Source of the DNA: Phyllosticta citribraziliensis
Lineage: Eukaryota
Length of the DNA: 64,000 nt
NCBI RefSeq assembly: GCF_038025025.1
Contig: NW_027117346.1
Coordinates: 620,001 to 684,000, forward strand
Direction: 5' to 3'
The notes beneath the pieces are model-generated. The model ran no database searches. It saw nothing but the letters and a program-made list of their open reading frames with translations, and was not told where the DNA came from. Shown one piece after another: positions 13,798 to 23,814 of the stretch. Each line of letters starts with the position of its first letter. Within the stretch, counting starts at the first letter, position 1. A program made the position numbers and the translations under genes.

Positions 13798-16700
13798 ATG
13801 CCAGCTCGAACCTTTACCGTTCCGACCTCTCTCAACGAATCGCTGGTCACCGGTTCCATCAAGATGTCCGCAACCAACGACCTTCCCCAAAGGTCCGCCG
13901 AGGCTGCTAGGAAAGCCTTGAATGACTTCTCAAAAGCCGACTCAAGTCCGCTCGCCGTGGCCAAGAATCCAAACTCCAAGCCTGGCATCACCTTTGCAGC
14001 TCAAGACAGTCTTCCCACGTTGCCCATTCCCGAGTTAGAGTCCACTTGCAACAAGTACCTCGCAGCGCTGGCGCCTCTCCAGTCGCACAAGGAGCAACGT
14101 GAGACGCGCGCTGGCGTACGGGAGTTTCTCAGAAACGATGGCCCCGAGCTTCAGGAGAAGTTGAAGAAATATGCCGCTGGCAAATCCAACTATATCGAGC
14201 AGTTTTGTAAGTTGGATGCTAGGAGTTGGTTTTAATTGAGACTGATTCTGGCAGGGTACGACTCTTACCTCAACTTCGACAACCCCGTCGTCTTGAACCT
14301 CAATCCATTCTTTCTCTTGGAGGATGACCCGACGCCGGCAAGAAACAATCAACTGACACGAGCGGCATCGCTGGTGATATCCGCATTGTCCTTTGTTCGT
14401 GCGGTGAGGAAAGAGGAGCTACCACCCGACACGGTTCGCGGCCAACCCCTATGCATGTACCAGTACTCCAGGCTCTTTGGCACCGCTCGGATTCCGACCG
14501 AAAATGGCTGCCAAATCGGTCAAGACTCAAACGCAAAGCACGTGGTCGTGCTCTGCCATGGTCAATTCTACTGGTTTGATGTCCTCGACGATAACTCAGA
14601 TCTGATCATGACCGAGAAGGACATTGCCTTGAACCTTGAGGTCATTGTGGAGGACGCCTCTCAAGTCCCCATCCGAGAGGCGGCCAAGGGTGCTCTCGGA
14701 GTCCTTACAACAGAGAACCGTAAAATATGGTCTGGCCTCAGAGAAGTGCTCCACAGGGAAGAAGGCTCAAACAACTCGGACTGCCTGAGCATCGTGGATT
14801 CGGCGCTGTTCATCCTATGCCTCGACTACACAGAGCCACATACTGGTGCCGACCTTTGCATGAACATGCTTTGTGGCACAAGCAAGGTCGAACTCGGCGT
14901 CCAAGTCGGAACGTGCACCAACCGGTGGTACGACAAGCTCCAAATCATCGTCTGCAAGAACGGCAGCGCAGGAATCAACTTTGAGCACACCGGCGTTGAT
15001 GGACACACTGTCCTTCGTTTTGCGAGCGACGTATACACCGACACAATTCTCAGGTTTGCTCGCACAATCAATGGCCAGGCACCTAGTCTGTGGGCGTCTA
15101 GCAGTCCTGATCCTTCCAAGCGCGACCCTTCGACTTTTGGAAATGTCAACACCACACCTCACAAACTCGAGTGGGACATGGTCCCGGAGTTGGGTACTGC
15201 CGTCCGCTTTGCAGAGACACGGCTTGCCGATTTGATCCAGCAGAATGAGTTCCAGACTCTTGAATTCATGCACTACGGCAAGAACTTCATGACGACCATG
15301 GGCTTCTCTCCGGACGCATATGTCCAAATGGCATTTCAGGCTGCATATTACGGCCTCTACGGACGCATGGAGTGCGGCTATGAGCCCGCAATGACCAAAA
15401 TGTACTTCCACGGACGGACGGAGGCGATCAGACCGGTGACTCCAGAGTCTGTCGACTTTGTGCAAACATTCTGGGGCGACAACCCTGCCGCCCAAAAGGT
15501 CGAAGCCCTCAGGAAAGCATGCGAGAAACATGTTGCAGTTACCAAGGAGTGCGCCAAAGCTCAAGGCCAGGACAGGCACCTCTATGCGCTCTACTGCATA
15601 TGGCAGAGGCAGATTGACGAAGAGGGTGCGCAAAGCGATGGCGCTAGCGTGTCAGACAGCGTCTCCAGCCCAGTCGGATCTGACCAAATGTATGGAAGCC
15701 CTGGAAACTACTCGATGATCAGCGAGGATGCTTCAATCTCGACTAGTCCTCCAGCCCAATCGACGCAACAGCCCATGCCCGCCATCTTTGCCGACGCTGG
15801 CTGGGATCGTCTGAACAACACCATCCTCTCCACTTCCAACTGTGGTAACCCTTCCCTCCGTCAATTCGGCTTCGGTCCCACCAGCGGCGAAGGCTTTGGC
15901 ATAGGCTACATAATCAAGGATGGCTCAATCTCCATATGCGCTTCCTCAAAGCACAGACAAACCGCCCGCTTCATCGACGCCATCGAGGCATACTTCCTAG
16001 AAATGCGGAAGCTCCTTCGCCAAACGCGGCGTCGCGGAACCAGCGCAAACAAGGGCGCTTCGCGAGTTCGAGAAGTCGAGGAGCAGCCGGAGAAGCCACA
16101 TTACGCGCGGGTCAAGTCGCGTGGACGGGCAATCTTGTCGGATGTTGCTTCCAAGGGCAGCCTCACACCAGCGACACTAACAGAGAGCATTGTTGGCGAG
16201 TCAGACGATGAGGGTCTTGGTGGATGTGCGTCTCCTTCCCTTCTTCCCCATCCTTCTTCCCTGTCCGCCTTTATCATCCCGAGCCGTGGTTTCGTTCAAA
16301 AGTCTCACGATACCATCTTGGTTGATGGCCTGCCTACGCCCCCAAGATCGCCTCTTAGCACAGTGAAGCAAGATTGAAGTGTCTCCAGACATACAGTTGG
16401 CACAAGCCGACTGATTGTCAGTCGCTGAGAAACTTCATCTTCACCCTTCCCTTGGCTGATCTTGCGCTTGTCTCTTTCTTTGAATTTTTTCTTCACAACA
16501 CAGCGAGCGATACCCACAAACTACAAACGTAGAACGATAGATGAAACCATTTTTCCTTCAACACTCTCAGTATTCTGGGCGTGGGCGCGCGTTCTCCAGC
16601 TACTTTGGTCTAGGCAGGCCACTCCACAAGACATCTAGAGACTTGCTTCGTCGGGCTGCTCCACTAGCGATCTATACTTTACCACGCCATTGCCTCCATC

Positions 16701-16879
16701 TACAAAGCTCTATACGCTGACGGTGAATTTCTCTCGCAGACGGTTTCTTCGACTCTGGCATGCTACAGGCAGCGCTCAAAGCAAAACAGGATCAGGACGC
16801 TGCACTGCAGTCGAATGAGAACAAGAAGGAGGCTTCCCGGAGGAATGTTGGACGGAGGCTTAAGTTGGCGGAATATTGA
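13798..16879 (+). CDS. facC: Carnitine O-acetyltransferase, FacC/Yat1 type
   Basis: Exons 13798-14206, 14255-16225, 16740-16879. Motifs LPTLPIPELESTC, YIEQFWYDSYL, NRWYDK, FEHTGVDG (catalytic His), YEPAMTKMYFHGRTEAIR, LSTSNCG, FGFGPT; spliced C-terminus GGYGFFDSG...RRLKLAEY. Confidence 0.93.
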
Positions 16880-17402
16880 TCGGGTTGGCCGATGGCTCCT
16901 GTACATGACTTGTCGACTTTTGTACATGATTCTTGTTACGATATATTCAATAAAGCGATTGATGGAAGTGAAGGATATGAGCCTTGACGCTGGAAGGTTG
17001 TTTATCTTTGGCCCGCATATGCTGAAGTTCTACACGATGGACATTCAAAACACCACGAGGCTACAGATCGAGGAATTTATTAAGAAAATTGATAGAAAAT
17101 ACCAACTCAACGCTTCTCGCTTCTTGCCAATCTGGAAGTGAGCGAGGTTTGGTGGGTAGAGAGCATAACCTAGACTAGTCCTGTTTGGTACTAGTGTGGT
17201 CTTGTCTTGGCGGATCTACGCAAGTGCCATTGCCTAGAGCTCCAACACCACGCATGCTGAAGCTCATCCAACAACACCCAAGCTCATTCTCCCCTCCTCT
17301 TCCCCAGCTCCAGTCTCTTCCCCAAAGTTCCGACCCGGATCCAGCTCCAGCGCGAGCCACACTTGTCACTCTCCCAACCTCGTCACTCACAACGCCTTCA
17401 AG

Positions 17403-18380
17403 ATGTTCATTGCGCGCTCAGAATATGGTAGGCTAGACAGCTCATGTCGAAGCTCGAGGGCCCCTGCTAACAGACTTGCCTTTTCTCAGATCGGGGTATC
17501 AAGTATGGAGCCATAACACCCTCGCCGAAACGACGCCACTGCTGACAAAAGGCCAGCACCTTTTCCCCCGAAGGCCGCCTCTTCCAAGTCGAATACTCGC
17601 TCGAAGCCATCAAGCTCGGGTCGACGGCAATAGGCGTTCGTCCCCCCACCGTCTGGCAATCGAAAGCACACCATCTGACACAGGCACGGCACAACAGGTA
17701 TCAACGGGCGACGGCGTGATCCTAGGCGTGGAGAAGCGCGTCACCAGCACGCTGCTCGAGACGTCGTCCGTGGAGAAGATTGTCGAGATTGACCGCCACA
17801 TTGGCTGCGCCATGTCCGGCCTGCAGGCCGATGCGCGTAGCATGATTGAGCACGCCCGCGTCGAGTGCCAGAACCACGCCTTCCACTACGCCGAGCCACT
17901 GCGCGTTGAGAGCACCACCCAGGCCATTTGCGACTTGGCGCTGCGTTTCGGCGAGGGCGCCGATGGTGAGGAGAGCATCATGAGCCGGCCGTTTGGTGTC
18001 GCGCTGCTGATTGCGGGCTACGACGAGGACGGCCCCAGCCTGTAAGTCGGGCCGCAAGTACCATGGACATGGCTTCTTTTGAGGCTGACGCTCGCACGCA
18101 CAGGTACCATGCAGAGCCCTCGGGCACTTTCTACAGATACGACGCCAAGGCCATAGGATCGGGCTCGGAGGGAGCGCAGGCGGAGCTCCAGAACGAGTTC
18201 CACAAGTCGCTGACGCTGCCAGAGGCCGAGGTGTTGACGCTGAAGACGCTGAAGCAGGTCATGGAGGAGAAGCTAGACTCCAAGAACGTGCAGCTCGCCA
18301 GCGTGACCAAGGAGAAGGGCTTCAGGATCTACACTGACGAGGAGATGGCTGAGGTTGTTGGCCGGTTACCCACCAACTGA
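17403..18380 (+). CDS. PUP2: 20S proteasome subunit alpha-5
   Basis: Spliced N-terminus [39 protein letters not shown] uses a 13-nt micro-exon at 17490-17502. Later motifs [25 protein letters not shown] and LKQVMEEKL. Four GT-AG introns. Confidence 0.97.
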
Positions 18381-18809
18381 GCTAGACGGGCGAGAGTCAC
18401 CATGAACCAAGGAATGGCTGTAGCATAACGGCGCAAATAATGAATCTAGCTTCATAGACGGGATGCAGAACTGGTCAATAAGTGACGATGTCTTGCTATC
18501 AGAGCCTGCCAGCCAATGCCATTTGTATAATCTAGGAAGTCTGTAAGAGTGAAGAATGCCGCAAAGTCTATTCTCAGCCTCTGACCAGTGTATGGTACAA
18601 CCCGACGCTCTATTTAATCTACAGTCGTCTTGTGAAGAAATCTGGCTTCCTCTCTCTCGACGCTAGCCTAGCACCAGACGCAGCAGATGTCTTCTTCCCC
18701 CGTTCATCCAAACGTCCATCCCCCTGTCAACACTCCCACCTCACGCACGAACGAGCCAGTCGACCAGCCTCACCATGCAGCCGGCGCCCACAAAAATGTC
18801 GCGAATCGC

Positions 18810-19447
18810 TTAGAAGGGGTTGTCCTCAGGAGGAATCTCCTTGACAAAGTAGTCGCCGAGGACGGGGACCTTGACCATGATGTCGTCGCGCACGCGGGGC
18901 ACCTCGGCGAAGAAGAAGAGGGCGAAGATGCCGGCGACGGCGCCGTAGCCGGCGGCCATGACGCCATACCGCTTGAAGGCGACGGCGTCCCAGCCCATGA
19001 TGTGCGGGCGGGGCTTGTATCTACGTAGGAGAGGGTTGGTCAGCTTGTGGTTTGGTTATTTGGAAGGGTCTCCGTCGATGGTGGAGTGGAAGGCGGTGTT
19101 TGGGCAAGAATGGGGGCCGGGAAAGATTAGGATTCGACGTACTGAGGGCCGAACGGCGACTTGTAGGAGCGGTACGCGGGACCGAAGGGAAGAGGCTGCC
19201 GGGGACGATGTTAGCGCGTCATGTTCTGCTTCTTTGTAGCTCTGCGAAGGAGTCGCAGGTCTCCGGAGGCCATGGGCAGCTCTTTGTCATTCCTCAAGAT
19301 AGCCAATCGCCATGCCATCGATTCCGTCTCCATCTATCCATGTACGGCGGCGGTGGTGGTGGACGACGAGCTGGCTGGTTGGCTGGCTGGCTGACTTGCA
19401 GGAGGAAGAAGAACGACGGAGACGAGGGACCCGGGACGACGCACCAT
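18810..19447 (-). CDS. QCR10: Cytochrome bc1 complex subunit 10
   Basis: Exon 1 coding part is only ATG (19447-19445), intron 19444-19196, exon 2 19195-19143, intron 19142-19021, exon 3 19020-18810. Product MPLPFGPAYRSYKSPFGPQYKPRPH...GIFALFFFAEVPRVRDDIMVKVPVLGDYFVKEIPPEDNPF, with the typical C-terminal PEDNPF. Confidence 0.9.
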
Positions 19448-19801
19448 CTTGAATCGCAGGAGGAGCCGAGGAGGACGAATTGACTGGGTGACGCGAAGGA
19501 GCGTGAGCCGTGTGGGCTGTCGATGTGGGTGTGCGCGGCGGCGACGAGGTGCTGCTGGTGTTTCGTTTCGTTTCTGGTGATGTTGAAGATGCTCTCTCTC
19601 AGGTCTCTCTCGCTCCTCCGCCGGGCCTGGCGCGGCCGAGCGCCGGAGCGGAATCTCCCGGCCAATCAGCGGCCCGAAGTTACAACCGACTGAACGCCCT
19701 CTATTTCTTCGCTGCAATTTTCCACTGCCAAACTTACACTTCCATCTTCCTTCTCTTCAACACAAGGAAATCCGAAGCACTTCCAATCCTCCCTCGTCAC
19801 A

Positions 19802-20346
19802 ATGGCGCGCTCTCTGCAGCGGTGAGCAGACCTGGCAACTTGGGTAGCTTTGCCCGCCTGCGCTGTCGAGTTGTCACGCTATTGTCCGCTGAGAAGCGGA
19901 CATGCTCAAGCGCTGGGATGAGCGATTGGGAGCAAAGGCAGGCTTTGCATTTGCAGAAGATGTCTCGATGCCTCCTTGACTGGACGGTCATTGAGACGTC
20001 TCCTGCTGGCATCACAAGGTAAGATTCCACCTACTCCCACACCTCCTCTCCCCTTGCCCCCGACCTCTTGTGATGATACACTACTCAGCTCACTCCGAGT
20101 CAATCTGTGCGGATAAAACCAAACCTAATCCAATTGTTCCTTCTGAAAGAGCGTCTTGATATACACGTCATTGCCTCCGGCTCATACAAGACCACCTTGC
20201 TAATATGTGGCTTCAGTATTAGAACACGTCGACGACACAACGGCAGCGCCCCGTCAAGTTTTTTCATCAGTTTACGGCATCAGCGTTGGGCAACCTGTCT
20301 TATGACAACAGAGCGTGCCAGTCATGGGACTCGGTTCGGCCAATGA
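19802..20346 (+). other. Spliced snoRNA host transcript (probably non-coding; an 85-codon spliced ORF is possible)
   Basis: Two canonical-looking introns: 19822-19910 (GTGAGC...GCTGAG...AAG) and 20019-20216 (GTAAGA...GCTAAT...CAG). The second contains a C/D snoRNA. Divergent from QCR10. Transcript ends are unknown. Confidence 0.6.
20065..20151 (+). ncRNA. Intronic box C/D snoRNA with snR41/U62-type and snR71/U29-type guides
   Basis: Terminal stem CTCTT (20065-69)/AAGAG (20147-51), box C GTGATGA (20070-76), box D CTGA (20143-46). The D guide TCCAATTGTTCCT is complementary to 18S AGGAACAAUUGGA. Putative D' box CCGA (20095-98) is preceded by ACTCAGCTCAC, complementary to 25S GUGAGCUGGGU with one G-U pair. 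rRNA sequences are from memory. Confidence 0.88.
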
Positions 20347-21487
20347 CATTTGTCCCACTACAGTACTACAAAATCCAAAACCAGTTGCTTGTACTTGACC
20401 GCGCCGTACGTACGAATTGCCTGTGAAGAAGTCGGTGGCGCTGTCAGTTTGACACGGACACATTCATGCGCACCCAAGCCACGAGCAGCAACATGTGGTC
20501 TAGCGGATCGCATGAAGAAGTCGACCGTCTCGTGATCCGACGCGGCGCAGACTGCCTAGACGATGGTGGCTTGTCCCCTGCTTGGAGATGGCTCGGCCTG
20601 CTCGTCATCATGCGTATCAGATCCGAAGAGGGCGTAGGGCCGATGGGTCGACAGCTGTAGGACGTTGATGGCCGCTTGGCGTGCTGCCATCAGGCACTGA
20701 CGCGGTTGGCATGGCTCAGCGATGCGATGCGATGCGATCGGACTGCCGCGACGCCGAAGAATTGAATGGAAAGCTATCCTGGTGGACAATAGCCGCCGGC
20801 AAGCCTCGGCCTCGGGCGTGGTGCAGAGCAGGCGCAGGCGCAGAAATGTCTAGAGTGTGCGACCTCAGCTGATTCCACCATCTCACATCGAATCCTGGCG
20901 GACAAGGAGCCAATGACGGGCGGCACAAGTAAGCCGGCCCTTTTTCGTGGCCCTGCGACGTCAGCACCGCACCGCACCTCAGCATCCCCAGGCCCAGCAC
21001 AATACGGCCTCCGCTGCAACAGCCCACTCACCTTTCCAGCTCCATCTCCAGTCCCCGCAAATCGCGCACCCATATCGATCCCATTCCCCGGGCCATCCGC
21101 TATACCCGTAGCTGCGCGCTCAACACCACTGCTGCTCGGACAGCGACAAGACAGTCCTGCTTTATCCGCACAAACCGAAACCCCGACTTCTACCGACCCT
21201 CTCCGGCTCCGATCCTCGTCGCCCCTTCACCTCAAATACAGTACGACCCATGACTCGATCCTAACGGCCATCGTCGACCGCACCCCAGTGACGCAAAAGA
21301 GGCCGAGTTACCGCCTTAATCCACGCCAGCCCTGCCCTCCTTCAGCTACTTGACACTCTCGTCGCACAACCTCTTCAGCTCAGCACCGTCTCCCGCCTCA
21401 TTGCTGCTATTTTAGCGCCCTCCTGCCGGCCACTACGCCGGACATTTTTCTCCTTTCTCGTCATACACATCAACAACAACCTCCGCC

Positions 21488-22075
21488 ATGACGACAAATC
21501 GCCCGTTTCTCTCCAACTTCCTAGCCGCCTTCCGCGCGCAGTCGACCTTTCAACATCCCGTATCGCCCACTCCCTCACAAAGCGGCAGCAAGCCTCACCA
21601 GTCGTACTCGACGGCGACCTCTCCTGCGCCCGCAAACAACCCGTCCACTCACCACCAAGACGCCCGACCGACAGCAACCTCCAAGACGTCGACCACCGCC
21701 GCCGTCCGCGAAGCGACGACGACATCGCACAGCCAAACGCCCTTCCAACCGACCCACCGCCCCCACGCCTCGTACTGGGACAAGACTCCGGGCTCGCCCA
21801 ACGGGCCCACTTCGCCTTCCTCATCACCTGGCTTCCCCATCCCCGGCGCCTCGTCCAGGCACCGCCGCGGCTCCGACAGCTCCTCGGACGGCGGCTTCCG
21901 GGAAAGGACGGGCAGCAGCGGCGGCGCCGGTGCGAGCGGCGCCGGCAGCAGCGCCATGGAGAAGTGGTTCATCGGCGGCCGCACGGCCGACGGCGACGAG
22001 CGGTTCTACAAGCTGGGCATGGTGCGGCGGATCAGGAGCAGCGATCGACTGAGTCTGGACCGCCTCAGCTTGTGA
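21488..22075 (+). CDS. Small, mostly disordered hypothetical protein (195 aa)
   Basis: Good Kozak context (GCCATG) and C-rich codon usage. Ordered-looking ends (RPFLSNFLAAFRA; EKWFIGGRTADGDERFYKLGMVRR...SLDRLSL) flank a Ser/Thr/Pro linker. It recalls a Pezizomycotina conserved hypothetical family; function unknown. Confidence 0.8.
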   Translation: MTTNRPFLSNFLAAFRAQSTFQHPVSPTPSQSGSKPHQSYSTATSPAPANNPSTHHQDARPTATSKTSTTAAVREATTTSHSQTPFQPTHRPHASYWDKTPGSPNGPTSPSSSPGFPIPGASSRHRRGSDSSSDGGFRERTGSSGGAGASGAGSSAMEKWFIGGRTADGDERFYKLGMVRRIRSSDRLSLDRLSL

Positions 22076-23814
22076 GGCGGACTGACTCCCCGAACGACCT
22101 TTCGCGAGAGAAGAAATCATCTTCGGGAAAGAGTCCTATCCAAAAGTGCTTTTTTGCCCCCACTTGATGACGAGGGGCGGATTTGGAATGTGTAGCGCCC
22201 ACATATGCTACCATTCACCTTTTCTTCTTCCGGCTCTTTGCGGCTGCGGCATTTACACGGCGTTTTGCGGACGGATGTGGGAAACGGCGCTGGACGGACG
22301 GGTACAATTGTCAACGGGACTGGCTTGCACGACATCACCAACAACAACAACAACGGCGACGACGGCGGGCACGACACGTCAGTCACAGCAGCCACGCAGG
22401 CAACCAGGCAGGCAAGCAGGGAAGAAAGAAAGCCTCAAGACCATACATATACCACTTCTCACTCCACACCACCACACTCCCCCTGCTTTATCGTGTGTTT
22501 TGAGGAGCCAACTTTGGAATCATACAACGGTCTTTGCCCTCTCAGATTCAAGCAAGAATGGTCTGGCGTTACTTTTTGGGAACGGTCTGGGCGACTATGC
22601 GGGCGGGCGGGCGGCGCAATCAATGGGTCTTGCAGATTCTCTCCCAAATACCATACATACAGAAGAGGTCGTTGTTATCTCAATCTCTCAGCTCTCAGCT
22701 CTGCGCTGCAATCGAACTTGTGCGTTGCGTGTCTCATGTTCTCATGTCTCTGCTTGTATCCTCACTCGCATGACCGGAGGTACTAGCTTGATACCCTCAC
22801 CCTCCAACAAGCCCTTCTGTCTTCCCCATCCCACACCCCTCCCTTCCCCTCCCCTCACCTTATCCACCGCCAACAGCCAAGCGACGTCTTGGCGTGGGGC
22901 ACACCAGCCAGGCATGTACGTATGCAGCAGCGGCGGGGGAGGGGCAACAGCAGCACAGCACCCCAGCCGCCAAACTGACTCAATCACACAACACGCAAAC
23001 AAGCTTATCGAAGGAAACCCAGCGCTCTGGCTGACCAGTAACTACATCCGCAAAACCAACAAACGTGTCAGCAAGCCTGCCCCATCACCAATTCGATTCC
23101 ACCCTTTCGGGTTCCGATCGTTTTGGGAGCTGATGCGGCGGGTGGGCGGGCGGGCGGGCGATCCTTGGCGTGGCGAGGTGAGGCGAGATCCGGGGCCCGC
23201 CGGAGAAAGGGACGACAGGGCGGATGAATGGATGGATGGGCTGATGGGTTGGTGGGTTGATGGGTTGATGGCTTTGAGGTGAGGAGAGGAGGGAGGGCTG
23301 GACTAAGGCAAAGCACAGGACAAGACGGCGGCGGGACAGCAAGCTGCTTGTAGTGGTGTCTTGGATCACCAATCGGCGGAATCAATCGACGGAAGGAGAA
23401 ACGGCAGTGCGGGAAAAGAGAGTGAGCTTGGAGGACGCATCGATTGAATATGGTCTGCGGCATGGACGGAGACCCGAGACGTGAGAACATGAGGACTCGA
23501 CATGTTGGTGATAAGAAAAAGGACGCATCGCCAGTTGATGCAAAAAGCAAGGCAGGCAGTCAATCCAGCCATTCGAACTGCACTGAAGCCGCTCGAGTTG
23601 CATCCGAGCGCCTATGTACATATATGCGCTTCCAAAGGAGAAGTTTCGCAAAAACGCCCAGCCGGAGAAACAGGAAAACACCAATCATGCAAGTAAGATC
23701 CGGCGGCGGGAGAAATTGAGAACTTAGGAAGTGAATCAGTTCCCTTCTCTGCTCCCTCTGCCCGTCGTGACAATTGTTCGACCCCCATTTCATCCCTTTC
23801 CACCCCATCTCTGC

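Noticed and set aside
22146..23282. 378-aa plus-strand ORF between the hypothetical gene and NEO1
   Set aside because: Crosses microsatellites (CAA, GGAT, GGCA) typical of 3' UTR/intergenic DNA; non-ATG start and no motifs.
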